NCBI RefSeq assembly: GCF_006345805.1
Contig: NC_043003.1
Span: 52,638,001 to 52,702,000, forward strand
DNA: 64,000 nt
Direction: 5' to 3'
Source of the DNA: Octopus sinensis
Lineage: Eukaryota
Part shown: in pieces, positions 12,403-25,795 of the stretch
Layout: each line of letters starts with the position of its first letter
How positions within the stretch are numbered: position 1 is the stretch's first letter
Notes under the pieces: generated by a model
The model's input: the letters and a program-made list of their open reading frames with translations, nothing else
What the model was told of the DNA's origin: nothing
The model's database searches: none
Made by a program: the position numbers and the translations under genes

Positions 12403-12782
12403 CATCATCATCGTTTAACGTCCGCTTTCCATGCTAGCATGGGTTGGATGGTTCAATTGGGGTCTGAGAAGTCAGAAGGCTGCACCAGGCCCAGTCTGAT
12501 CTGGCAGTGTTTCTACAGCTGGAATCCCTTCCTAACGCCAACCACTCAGTGAGTGTAGTGGGTGCTTTTTACGTGCCACCGGCACAGGTGCCAGACGAGG
12601 CTGGCAAACGGCCACAATCAGTTGGTGCTTTTTACGTGCCACTGGCACGGAGACCAGACGAAGCTGGCAATAGCCACGATCGGATGGTGCTTTTTACATG
12701 CTACCGGCACGGAGGCCAGTCAGGGCGGCACTGGCTACGGCCACGTTTGGATGGTTCTCTTACGTGCCACCGGCACTGGTAT
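12403..12782 (-). mobile_element. 5'-truncated RTE LINE 3' UTR
   Basis: (CAT)n tail and tandem 3' UTR units closely similar to the 22-kb element. Confidence 0.8.
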
Positions 12783-13090
12783 GACAAAACTTCTTTCAGT
12801 TTCTGTCTACCAAACCCACTTACAAGGCTTTGGTTGGCTTGGGGCTATAATAGCAGACACTTGCTGAAGGTGCAATGCAGGGCTGAACCAAGAACCAGGT
12901 GATTAGGAAGCAGACTTCTTATCACACAGCCGTGCCTGCATATGTATGTGTGTGTGTGTGTGTGTGCTGTTAAGTCAGACATGGCCAGGACTAAGCTTTG
13001 GTCAAACATATAAGTTATCTAAGTTGTGTGTATATATATATATATATGTGTATGTGCATGCACGTGCGCACACATACATACACACACACA

Positions 13091-13975
13091 GAGGTCTGCT
13101 ACGGTGAAGAACTACTATATGCTGATGACCTCATTCTTACAGCAGAATTGAGAGAGTTAACTCCAGGTGTGAAAGCAAAACCACCTGAAATCAAAGGGTT
13201 TTGAAGTTAGCTTAGCAAAGTTAGCTTAACAAACAAGAGAATAAATAAGATTCTCTTTCTGTCAAGCAAATGACTCTGCTTAAACTGTAGGAGAGGTGCA
13301 ACCGATGCAAAAATTACAGTGGAATCACATAAAGGTTAACAAAGAAAGAAGACTTGTATGTGGAAGATGTGCAAGAGTAATGAAGACTAAGGATACATGG
13401 AAAACAGAATGCCCTGGAGAATTCCAAATGGTAGTAGATAGTTTCTGTTAGTAGGTAACCTAATTAGCAGTGGAGGAGGAAGTTTTTAAAAGTACAGTTG
13501 CAAGAATAGGAAAAAGAGTGGGAAAGTTTAGGGAGCTATTACCTCCTTTGGCAACAAAGGGTCTGTAGGAAATTTGTGTACAAATGGTAATGCTACATGC
13601 TCATGAGAATTATCCCTAAATGATGAGGACATGCAAAGATTAGAGAGAAATGATGCTAGTATGCTCTGATGGAGGTGCAATGTCAGTGTGCATGTATGAC
13701 AAAGTGTGAGTGTGTTGAGGCATAGAAGGAATCACATGTAGTGTGCAAGAGAGAAGACTGCTGGTTTGTCCATGTGATGTGCATGGATGAGACTGGTTGT
13801 ACAAAGAAGTGCTGGTCACATAAAGCAGATAAAATTTGTGGAAGAGGGAGACCTAGGAAGGGACAGAATGAAGTAGTGAAGGCTGATCTCAATATATTGA
13901 GCCTCATGAAGGAGATGACAAAGGACCGAGGTAATTTGCTGTACTTGAGAAGACCTATCTGTTACAGACAAAATT
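13091..13975 (+). mobile_element. Decayed RTE LINE fragment (RT YADD motif to C-terminus)
   Basis: ELLYADDL, then remnants of the zinc-finger region and ...DKICGRGRPRKGQNEVVKADL; many stops and frameshifts. Confidence 0.8.
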
Positions 13976-15829
13976 AGTCCTAAGAACATTTTGTTTATGG
14001 CTACACATGCTGGGCTCTGCCTCTACCCTTAATCTGCCCCACATCTCATCCTCAAAGTACCCACGTGCTTCCATCACCCTTTCAATTATTGTGCTACTTG
14101 GGTGTTGTAATCACTTGAGAGCAGAACTGGCATATTTCCACACCAGCACATGTGTTGCACCATAGTAAATATTCTAGAAGTATACAGTTCTATTTTTTCT
14201 TTTTAATATAGTCAATCACTCATCTGTTTTTTCCCATGCTAGTATTGGTTATATGACAATATTATTGAGGTGTCATTTTACAACCGAATGCTTTTCCTGT
14301 TTTTCAAGTAAAGATCTTTTATTCCACAAATTTTCAAAGGCACAAAACCTTTACATTCAAGGCCCAGGAGAGAGAGAAAAAGAGATGATGGCTAGTAGTT
14401 AAGAGGGGCTACAGTGGATTGGACTGAATATAAGTAGATCTTATACCATCCTGTTCAGTATATATTTCTAAGTTGTACTTATTTGGCAAAGTGATTTATT
14501 TGATTTGAGATTTTCTGTTGAAATTAAAACAACTACACCCTGGAATTGTCATGAATGATGCATAACACACACACACAGAGGTAATCATATATTCTTGAGA
14601 ATCTTCATGGCATGTTGCTGTATTTTAAACACACATAATCACTCACAAATACATTTTATACAGAATTGAAAAAGCTATATATGTAACATACTTAATGTAT
14701 ATACACGGTTGATACACCAGTTATTACAGTATTTATCCAGAGCTAACACCTCTTATGGACTTTCTGTGACAAAAACACAATAAATATCAGAGAGACATGA
14801 AAATTCACACCAGCAGCAGTGAGTGATGCATTTCAGCCCTTTAAATTTTTTGAATGGCAAGTACACTCACAGCCAGACAAGATATAGAAAACAGCAGATA
14901 AAACATTCACTGATGTTGTGAATAACTGCCTGGCTGGTTATAAATTTGGTGTACACAATTGAGGCATTATCAAATTAAAACAGCCTTCTATGTATCATAC
15001 TTAATATATATATACACACACACACATATATATATATAATGTTGATGGGTTAGTTACTGCAGTATTTATCCCGAGGCAAAATTAACATATGTATGTTGAG
15101 GAAATATACATGTAATGCACACAAGTTCATAAGTAAAGTCTTCTTAGTTTAATTGCTTTTTCCTGATATGGCTTTACACATAGAGTAAAGCCATGTGTAT
15201 AGTGTTGCTGTAATGTGTAAAGACATACACATTTGAGTTTTGTTGAATATTTCCTGTCTTTTTAACTATAACAAAAAAATATGACAACCATTAGTAATTA
15301 TACATCTTACTATATAAGAAAGAATGCTTTTTAAGATGCAAGCTTTTCTTTATCCCAAAGGGGTAATTACGAAGAGTAATGGTATCTGTCTGACATAAGT
15401 AATTTATAAATAGCTGAATTTAAAGAAACTAGTTTAAGTCTGTGTCAGCTATCAGTGGATATAAACAGTTCAAAAGTGGAACACATTGGTTTGTTAGGAA
15501 GATTAGGAAAAGTCTAATGTTTTGACAAGTACCAGTCATCAGAGAGTCATAAGTATTTTATATAGGTACACTATTGACTTTCTGCAACTTTTGGTTCCAA
15601 AGTCTTTCCAGAGTACTGGTTTTTCTAAAGCAGGGGTGGTCACTTTGGTTGACACACTCTAAATTGAATATTAAATTCATTTTAGATAATTAAATGATAT
15701 ACAAATACCTCTACTTTAGTACAAATAATAAAGGCTTATCAATACTCTACTGAGTAGAGTACCCATAAACTAGACAGGTACAACAAAGTAGAAAGGTATT
15801 GTGAAATAAGTTCAGCATAAGAGGAATCA

Positions 15830-17035
15830 GATGTGGTGTACAAGAGTGAAGCCTGAGCTAGTTTGGTCATGTGATGCATATGGATGAAGACTGAAGCATA
15901 AAGAAGTACCAATCACTTAAAGTGGATGGATGGATGGAAGAGGGAGACCCAAGAAGATGTGGGATGAAGTACTGAAGGCTGATCTCAAGAGGCACTATGC
16001 TTACCTGCCACTCCCTAATCCTGTCCTCTTGGCCTTGTCTCACTGTATCATTGCTCTGCGCTAGCCCCACCCTCAATCTGTGTTCCACCCACATGTAACA
16101 AGAAAACTTTTCACACCCTACCCCAACAAACCAATCTACATCTCTTCTCTTCCTCATATTTCCTCCTTTATGCACTATGCCTATCTCTCACTCCCAATCC
16201 TATCCTCACGACCCTGTTTCTCTGTATCATTGCTGTCCGGTAGTCACCTCAACTTTATATACCCAGGTTTTCACCACTCACTTCCCTTCCCCGCTCTCTA
16301 ATCACACTTCTTTGGCAATATCCGGCCGCTTATATTATGACCTTCGAACTTCAAGGTTATACCCTGGCACTTGCCACCATCTATATCTCTCTCTGCCTTT
16401 AGTCGACCATCCCAGTTATATTTTGATCTCCTTCTCTTGTGCGTATACCCAGTACCATGCCACAATCCCTATCCTAATGTCTCCCACTCTCTCTCTCCTC
16501 CTGCACTTCCCTCAGTTTGAATAACCACGTATCTCCTTTGTGGCAGCACACCTGTTTCTGTCCTCATTCCTGATCTCTCTCTCTCTCTGGTTGGGTTACC
16601 TTGTACCTCCTCTACAGCAAGACACCTGTTTCTGTCTTTCTGTTTCACTATAACCTTTCATCATCTGATACAAGATCACCTCCTGCAATGTTCCCTCCCC
16701 TCTCAAAAGATTTTTGTCCTGCAGGTTACTTGGTGACCCTGTCAGTGCAGGTGTCACTTAAAATGCATCCGGTCCACACTGTAAAGAGGTTGGCATTTGG
16801 AAGGGCATCCAGCAGTAAAAACCTTGCCAAAATTGATCTCACCTGTGCATGTGCCACATAAAAAGTACTACGTCCACTCTGCTGGAAGGTTGGTGTTAGG
16901 AAGGGCATCCAGCTGTAAAAATCCTGTCAAAACAATCACAGAAGTCTGGTGCAGGCTTCTGCTTGGCTGGTTCCTGTCAAACCATCCCACCTAAGCAAGC
17001 ATGGAAGGTGAACGTAAAATGATGATGATAATAAT
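15830..17035 (+). mobile_element. Older RTE subfamily: ORF C-terminus, ~1-kb 3' UTR and (GAT)n tail
   Basis: CGVQE..FGHVMHMDED..KK.QSLKVDG..GRGRPKKMWDEVLKADLK resembles the RTE C-terminus. Ends gaacgtaaaatgatgatgat. Confidence 0.65.
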
Positions 17036-17997
17036 GATTATAGATTAATTAACTTGAGGTCATTATAAAAATGAGGCTTTAAAAAAATTTTTGAAACAGA
17101 ATTTTATTGTTTACTAACCAGACACGTATAAAAAATATTTGTATTCAGCATCACATATTCAGTCAAATGCGCAGAATGGATTTGACTCACAAGTTGGATT
17201 GCTGACTTCTGCTTTATATCAGAAAGACAGTTTTAGCATAGAATTGTAGATTACAAGCAGTTTTATTTCATTTTTTGAATGAAAGAATACTTGTCAAGAC
17301 TATTGAAAAGGTTGCAAGATGTAACGAAAATTTTAGGAAAATAAAAATAAGGAATAAGTGGAAATTTTACTGGTGAATGTGTTACATTACAAGGCACAAA
17401 AAGAAAATGACTCTCCCCAGACACAACAGAATACATGTGTTCTCTCTATATATACTATATTTTGTTTTTATTTAAAGATTTTAGTCATTGGGCTGTAACC
17501 ACACTGGAACACTACAGCTGATGTTTTTCAGTCAATTGTATCACGCATAGTACTTAGGTATTACGGTTGATACGGTTAACTGAATGCTTTAGTATGTATT
17601 TTATAGCAGTTTATTAGTCATGAAGGGAGGCAACTGAGGTATTTCGAAGTACTATAATGGCACTTTCATTTGATGAATTAATTCTATCTTTGCCATTCAA
17701 TAGTTACACACATTCACACTTGCACATATATAAACATACATACACATTTCAACAATTTAGCATTCAAATTACTCAGTCAAATGCAATGCTTATTTATTCA
17801 CATTGTTTTTAATTAATCATGCATTATCTCATAGCTTTGAGATTTCAATATGATTGTTTATTTTTAGAATGACATTGTAGGGTAGGTATGAGAGGCTAGA
17901 TCTGGCTGGTTTGAACATAAAATAATATTTAGGATAGATATGGCCAGTTTGAATGCTAAAGAATTAAATATATATCACATTATCATTTTTTTTTTGT

Positions 17998-18296
17998 GGA
18001 GGCGCAATGGCCCAGTGGTTAGGGCAGTGGACTCGCGGTCGGAGGATCGCAGTTTCGATTCCCAGACCAGGCGTTTTTTGTGTTTATTGAGCAAAAACAT
18101 CTAAAGCTCCATGAGCTCCGGCAAGGGGTGGTGGCAACCCCTGTTGTACTCTTTCACCCCAACTTTCTCACACTCTGTCTTCCTGTTTCTTAAGTAACGC
18201 TGCGATGGACTGGCATCCCGTCGAGCTGGGGCATACACATGCCATAGAAACTGGGCCCATGAGCCTGGCTAGGCTTGAAAAGGGTGCATAAGTAAA
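17998..18296 (+). mobile_element. tRNA-derived SINE family C (Arg-like head)
   Basis: A box TGGCCCAGTGG and B box GTTTCGATTCC, CTCGCGG loop, ~220-nt non-tRNA body, A-rich end. Second copy at 49748-49915. Confidence 0.8.
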
Positions 18297-20168
18297 AAAA
18301 ATCAATGTTTTTTCTTTACATCCAGTTTCCCAGGTATGCATGGGTTAGATGGAATTTGTTGAGGTAGATTTTCTACAGCCAGATGCCAATCCTCACCTGT
18401 TTTCAAGTAGGCTAATATGGCCAGACATGTTTTCAAGGAAGACTGAAAATGAAGAACACTGTTGTATGACAGTGACACTTATTTACAACTACCATACAAT
18501 GTCAAGACAAAGTGACACCAACCTACACATGCATACACACACAAACATGCACAAAACAGGTCTCTTTCAGTTTCTATCTACCATTTTCAATCCAAGGTAT
18601 TGGTTGTGCTGAGACAGACACTTGCCTAAGGTACCATGCAGTGGGGTTGAACCAGGAACTATGTGGTTGGGAAGCAAATATCTTAATCACACATATATCC
18701 ATATAAAAATTTAGTCCAACGATAGCTTAACTGGCTGAAACTTTGAAGTTACTGTCAACAATATTCTTGTTTAAGAATCAACCCACAGACACGTGTAATG
18801 TGACTGCGTGTGTACTGTTGGCGATTTTTTCCCCTCCGTCTTCCCTTCCTTGGATATTTCCTTTTCCTATGTTTCTGACGAAGAGCTCGGCTCGAAACAT
18901 TAAATCCTCCTTCTTTCTTTCCTTTTCTGAGCGTCCAATAACACTATACTTGTTCCATGTCCTCGCATTGTTGTGTTTTCTCTGTGTTTTCATGTTTGGA
19001 TTAACTATATATATATATGTATATATATATACACACACACATATATATCATCATCATCACTTAATGTCTGCTTTCCAGGCTAGCATGGGTTGGACGATTT
19101 GACTGATGACTGGCGAACCAGATGGCTGTACCAGGCTCCAATCTGATCTGGCAGAGTTTCTACAGCTGGATGCTCTTCCTAACTCCAACCACATATACAC
19201 ATATATATATATTCATACATACATACACATATATATACATACACACACATATATATACACACATATATACACTCATGTGTGTGTGAGACTTATGTTCGGT
19301 TTCTGTATATGAGATTCACTCAAAAAGTCTTGGACAGTCTGAAGCTATAGCAAGTGTTGTGGGATGGAACTTAACCATGCAGTCATGGCTAGGTTTCATA
19401 AAGTAAATTACAATAATTGGTGCAGAAAACTAAAGATATCTAAAATATAAATTACTTAGCAATGCTCTCCATATGAAAAATAATAAGTGAAGTAGAGCTT
19501 AATAAATTTAATAGGGGGGGGGGCTAAAAAAAAACTATGGAACTAATGAAGAAACAAACAAATATGAGGTAATGACTAATGCTTCTGCTGATATAGACAT
19601 AATAGTACAGAAACATGTCCAGAGTTGTCTACCATGCTTACTTAAATAATTGATGCACCTAGCATTAAACATGTTAACAATAATGAAACTTTTTATATTG
19701 ATGGCATTTGAGTAATTTATAGCTAAACAGAGTGGAATATGTAGATAGATATGTGACCAGGAAGTTTGCGTTTGGGCAAATGTCTGGGTTGACTGAAGCC
19801 TTGTGAGTAGATTTTCATCATCATCATCGTTTAACATCTGCATTCCATGCTAGCATGGTTTGGACGATTTTGACTGAGGACTGGCAAACCAGATGGGTGC
19901 ACCAAGCTCCAGTCTTGATTTGGCAGGGCTTCTACAGCTGGATGCCCTTCCTAACGCCAATCACTCCGAGAGTGTAGTGGGTGCTTTTCTAAGTGAAAAC
20001 TGAAATAAGACTGTTGTGTATGCATGCATATATATACATATACATATATAGAAGCAATTAAGATTCAAGTCAATTCTAATGAATTTACTTGAATACGGTA
20101 CTTAACTTAGATGCACCAGAAAACTATATGGTGTTAACCATACAGTAATGTGGGGTGATGATTATAAA

Positions 20169-21154
20169 CGAGAAAGAAGCAACAAGAATGGATTAGTTTT
20201 TAGTACAATTGTTTCATACAAAGACAGGCTTTATTAAAAGTTGCAAAAATTGCAGCAGATAAAAGTGTCCCGTACTCATCAGCTAAAATACATATGAGTT
20301 CTCCAAACATCTTAGTGGGTGAGGCTATACTCATGAAGTATTGGAGATAATTTCATTAAAAGCAGATTTAGGTTGTAAACAGATTTCCGAAGTTCCTTAA
20401 TGATGATGCACAGTCTTATCACAGGTTTTTTAAAAAAAAGCTTATTAGCTTCATAGAGAAGGTGAATTAATCCGTAGTGTAGATGTAAATTTCCAGAGAT
20501 ATGAGGAGGAATTTCATACTCACAGATGATGAATTTATCCATGGTTAATCCACAATGAGGTGGGTATCATTTCATGCTATATGATAAGGTATTTGCCACA
20601 TTACTGTTCTCTTCACAAGACTGCTAAGTTATGACTTCTAAAAGCTGAAGGAATTTTTGTGGAGCAAAGAAAAGAAAAGAAAGGAAAGAGAAGAAAAGAG
20701 ACAAGGAAAAGGAAATAGAAAAAAAGAAAAAGGAAAAAAGAAAAAAGGGGAGAAGAAAAGAAAAAAGAAAAAAGAAAAAGAAAAAAAGGGAAAAGAAAAA
20801 AAAGGAAAGAAGGGAGAAAAGAAAAAACGCCCACATAGAGTATACTGTGACAACTTAGAGGGAAAGGGGTTCTAAAGTGACCTACTACACAGAAAAATTT
20901 GTAGACGGCCTGGCTGGCTTGAATTTGCAAGAATCCAGGAACTATAAGGAGAATATTATTTTTGACCAGTAAAAACAGCTATTTTATTGCCAACATGATG
21001 TAGTTGAAAGCAGATATGAATCTAAAGAGAATCTAAAGAGATAACAAGGTCAGGGGTAGAGGGGTCAAAGGCTATCATCAAAAGGAAATACATTAAGAGA
21101 AAAAATCTAAGTGCAATCCTAACAAGAGGTCATTTAAATTTATTTATTTATTTA
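20169..21154 (-). repeat. Left arm of ~0.97-kb inverted repeat (probable Penelope-like 3' end / pLTR)
   Basis: Reverse complement of 26245-27206. Differs by about 6 substitutions, two 1-nt indels and a ~22-nt indel in the purine tract. Confidence 0.95.
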
Positions 21155-21582
21155 TTCCTGTTACTGTCTTAAATTGTTGCCGTTACTATCTATACATTGA
21201 CAGACTACAGGTCAAAACTTAGAAGTTAGTTATATTGAAATTACTCATACTACTTTCAAGGGAGTAGCCTTACTTATTTAATTTTGTAATAGAATTATGA
21301 AGCCTAAGTAACTTATTTTATTAAAGTTGTGTTACCTAAATTAGATTAAATTCAAATTTAAAAATTAAAAATTAAGATTTAAAATTAAATAAAACTTCAT
21401 TTGAGCAACGTACAAGTACTATTTATTTCCTTATGCTCGAAATCAGGTGCAGTTATAAAGAAAACGATGACTATAGTGTGAGAACTCGCAGTTATCTACT
21501 TAAAAATTAAAGTAATGCTATACTAGTAAAAACCAAGCCGTATCTATCTATCTATCTTGTTACGATTATTCTATACAGTTAT

Positions 21583-22090
21583 TCATTTAAAGTATTTTAG
21601 AGTCTTCAATTTAGTGTGGACACGAACTTGACCTACTTCAATATGGTTATTTAACAAACCTCCATTTTTTCTATGCCTTAGAATTTCATAGGTCTCCATG
21701 GAGCAGAGTTGGCAACCAACCCCGTTATTTTTATACGGCATTGCTCTCCTAACTATTTCCCAATTAAGGTTATAATTCCTGTTATTATTTTTGAGTTCCC
21801 AGATCTTACTTGAAACTGTGGTGGTACCAGCTTTATGATGTAATTTCAAAGATGAGACGTGATTTCTAACTCTGTCTCTAAAATTTATCGTACAACCAAT
21901 GTAAAAATATTTGTTATTCTCAGTAGATATGGTACATTTATAGATTACGTTATTTTCCCCGCATAGACCAGGTGCCGGGCATTTTGACTTAATTCTACAC
22001 TTACACGCAGGAGGAACAACTTCAGATGTTGGATTATTCATGGGTAGATGTCTTATGTTCCTGTTATTTTGATTATCATGAGTATAATTA
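21583..22090 (-). mobile_element. Penelope-like element GIY-YIG endonuclease ORF (C-terminal part)
   Basis: CKCRIKSKCP..GLC Cys cluster, VIY...YIG, FRDR..NH, CQLC..ETYEI, LLN, as typical of Penelope-like GIY-YIG domains. Frame is open up to the RTE tail. Confidence 0.9.
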
Positions 22091-25000
22091 TCATCATCAT
22101 CATCATCATCGTTTAGCGTCCGTTTTCCATGCTAGCATGGGTTGGACGGTTCTACTGGGGTCTGTGAAGCCAGAAGGCTTCATCAGGCCCAGTCAAATCT
22201 GGCAGTGTTTCTATGGCTGGATGCCCTTCCTAACGCCAACCACTCCGTGAGTGTAGTGGGTGCTTTTTACGTGCCACCCGCACTGGTGCCAGACAGAGCT
22301 GGCAAACGGCCACGAACGGATGGTGCTTTTTATGTGCCACCGGCACGAGGGCCAGGCGAGGCTGGCAACGGACATGAAACGGGGTGGTGCTGGCAACGGT
22401 CGCGAAACGGAAAGTTCTCTTACATGCCACCGGCACTGGTAACACATCTGCAATTTCCATTGATCGATTTCCATTGATCGATTTCCATTGATCGATTTCG
22501 ATTCTGATCGTCACTTGCCTCAACGGGTCTTCACAAGCAGAGTTTTGACATGCCACCGGCACTGGTAGCACAAAGATACAAATTCCATTGATCGATTTCG
22601 ATTCTGATCCTCACTTGCCTCATCACGTCTTCACAAGTAGAGTTTTGTGTCCCAAGAAGGGAAGGTATGCATACGTAGGCTGGCTCCATCCCATGTAGAA
22701 GGCCACGGGTTATGGACTCACTTGTCCTGCCGGGTCTTCTCGCGCACAGCACACTTCCAGAGGTCTCGGTCTCTAGTCATTTCCTCAGTGAGACCTAAAG
22801 TTCGAAGGTCGTGCTTCACCACCTCGTCCCAGGTTTTCCTGGGTCTGCCTCTTCCACAGGTTCCCTCAACCGCTAGGGTGTGGCACTTTTTCACACAACT
22901 ATCTTCATCATTCTCGCCACATGACCATACCAGCGCAAACGTCTCTCTTGCACACCACAACTGATGCTTCTTAGGTCCAGCTTTTCTCTCAAGGTACTTA
23001 CACTCTGCCGAGTGTGAGTACCGGCATTACACATCCATCGGAGCATACTGGCTTCATTTCTAGCGAGCTTACGCATATCCTCAGCAGTCACGGCCCATGT
23101 TTCACTGCCATGTAGCATGGCTGTTCGTACACACGCATCATACAGTCTGCCTTTCACTCTGTGCGAGAGGCCTTTTGTCACCAGTAGAGGTAAGAGCTCT
23201 CTGAACTTTGCCCAAGCTATTCTTACTCTAGCAGTTACACTTTCAGCACACCCGCCCCCGCTGCTGACTTGGTCACCTAGGTAACGGAAACTATCAACTA
23301 TTTCTAGTTTTTCTCCCTGGAAAGTGACGGAAGTTGGTCTCAGAGCATTTTCAGTGTTTATTGTTCCTGAGCATCTGCCACATACAAAAACCATCTTCCT
23401 AGTTAGCCTTCCTTTGACATTGCTGCATCTCTTATGTGTCCATAGCTTACACTTGGTGCATCTTATAGAGTTTCTACCTACACCTTTTCTACAGATCGAG
23501 CAGGGCCATCTACCTGAAGGTGTTTGTGATTTGTCTACCTTCCTACTGATTACGACTTTGGTTTTAGCTAGATTGACTCTGAGGCCCTTCGATTCTAATC
23601 CTTGTTTCCACACCTGAAACTTCTCCTCCAGTTCTGATAGCGACTCAGCAATTAGAGCAAGGTCATCAGCATAGAGGAGCTCCCAAGGGCATCCTGTCTT
23701 GAATTCCTCCGTTATTGCCTGGAGGACTATGATAAATAGGAGGGGGCTGAGTACTGAGCCTTGGTGGACTCCTACCTCTACCCGGAATTCTTCACTGTAC
23801 ACATTTCCAACCCTCACCCTACTAGCGGCGTCCCTGTACATGGCCCGCACAGCTCTCACTAACCATTCATCTATCCCTAGTTTCCTCATTGCCCACCAGA
23901 TAAGGGATCGGGGGACCCTGTCGAAGGCTTTCTCCATGTCAACAAAAGCCAGGTACAGGGGCTTATCTTTGGCTAGGTATTTCTCCTGCAGCTGCCTTAC
24001 CAGGAATATAGCATCAGTAGTACTTTTCCCTGGCACAAACCCAAACTGCATCTCATCTAAACTAACTCTCTCTCTAATTAGTTGGGCTATGACCCTCTCC
24101 GTAACCTTCATCACCTGGTCCAACAGCTTGATACCTCTGTAGTTATTTGTATCTAGGGCATCAGCTTTACCTTTGTAGCAGTTGACTATTATACTGCTAC
24201 ACCAGTCATTGGGTATGACCCCTTTGTGTATCACCTGATTAACTATACGGGTGACTAGGCTATAGCCGACACTACCAGACATTTTGAGCATCTCTGCAGT
24301 GATTCCTGATGGGCCTGGGGCTTTCCCTGTCTTCATGCTTCTAATTGCCTTAGCTACCACGGAACTATCAACTCGGATAGCTGGTCCCTCTGTTGGGTCA
24401 ACATTCGGCAGACTCTCTTTATCCCATTCATTTTCTTCATTCAGCAACCTTTCATAGTGGCATCTCCAAACCTCTCTCTTTGCATCCTCATTTAGCGCAA
24501 GTGAACCATCTTCCATGCGAACACACTTCTCTCCTACCACATCACGATTCTCTCTCACACACTGTCTTGCAACACGAAACACCTCCAGTCTTTGGTCCTC
24601 ACGGCGCAGAACATTGGCAAATTTTTTCTTATCTGCTTCCCCTCTGGCTAAATAAACCTGTCTCCTAGCTTCTCTTTTGGTAGTCTGATACAATCCCCTG
24701 CTACCCCCATTTTTCCAGACCTTCCAAGCCTGTCTCTTTTCTCTAATAGCCCTGTCTACAATATTGTTCCACCACCACGTTATTCTAGGTCGAGAGGGGA
24801 CTTTGCACCAGCCACAGATCTGGTCAGTGGCTCTCAGCAGGTTGTCCCTTAGAAACGTCCAGCTGTCTTCTACCCCCTGTGATGCTCTATCCCCTTCTAC
24901 TTCGTCAGAGGCTTCAAGTAATATGTCCCTAAATCTCTGTCCATTTGCAGGATCTTTAAGCTTCCAGATCCTTCTTCTCCATATTTGTCGTCTTCTGGTT

Positions 25001-25795
25001 GTCCTCCTAGTCCTGATCCTAAAGTCACTAACTACCAGTCTATGTTGTGGGGTACATTCTTCACCTGGGAAGGTTTTGGCATTTATAAGCAGCCATCTCT
25101 CCCTTTGCCTTGTAAGGATGTAGTCAATTTGGCTGGTATGTTGGCCTGATTGGTAAGTGACTAGGTGGCTGGTAGGTTTCCTGAAGTTAGTGTTGCAAAT
25201 CATAAGATTATTTGCATCGTGGAACTCCAGCAGCCTGGTTCCCTCCTCGTTGCGGGAGCCATAGCCATAGCCTCCATGTACGCCATGGAAGCCCCCAGCA
25301 TGTCGTCCAACGTGACCATTGAAGTCACCAGCTACAAAGATAAGGTCTCTGTCGTTCGTCAACGAGGTAGTCTGCAGTAGAGTGTCATAGAATCGGTCTT
25401 TCTGTCCATCGGGTAGCCCCGACTGAGGAGCATAGGCTGATATAATGGTTGCTAAACTATGATGAAGCACTAATCTAATCTTAAGTATTCTGTCACATAC
25501 TCTGATTACCTCAATTACTTTATCTACCCATTTCTCAGCGATAAGTATACCCACGCCACCAACCCCGTCAGTGTTCCCTGCCCAGAAAATCTTGTACCTG
25601 CGTTCCTTGCCTGTGAGGAACCTAGCTGATCCTCCTCTCCACCTTATTTCTTGCATGCAACATATATCCACACATCTCCGTTCAAGCATCTCGACTATCT
25701 CACCAGACCTACCTTTCAGAGTGCCAACGTTGAGGGTGCCAACCCTGAGGGTGTGGGAGGCATGGGCTCTAGAGACCCTGGGACGGTGGAGACCC
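22091..25795 (-). mobile_element. Near-intact, 5'-truncated RTE-clade LINE
   Basis: APE endonuclease plus RT, ~630-nt 3' UTR with tandem units, (GAT)n tail. Truncated just upstream of the endonuclease. Confidence 0.95.
22718..25795 (-). CDS. RTE ORF: APE endonuclease + reverse transcriptase + internal PHD-type finger; single 1-nt deletion near 22909
   Basis: NVGTL, CMQE, YAPQ, GDFNGH, IDYI (EN); QFGF, DMEKAFD, GVHQGSVLSP, YADD, FRYLG (RT). The C-terminus continues in the shifted frame 22718-22960 (GRGRPRKTW). Confidence 0.9.

Noticed and set aside
17190-17300. Coding exon with strong GTGAGT donor
   Set aside because: Stops in all three frames; at most a UTR exon, unsupported.
17998-18075. 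tRNA-Arg gene
   Set aside because: No proper acceptor stem or terminator; continues into a SINE body and has a deleted second copy.
20613-20930. Phe-rich / Lys-rich ORFs (also 26525-26764)
   Set aside because: Translation of the low-complexity purine/pyrimidine tract.
22142-22964. Several 60-113-aa ORFs here and at 5140-5568, 12507-12902, 27383-28374, 31075-31489
   Set aside because: Chance frames in the repeated RTE 3' UTR; only 22718-22960 is the shifted RTE C-terminus.
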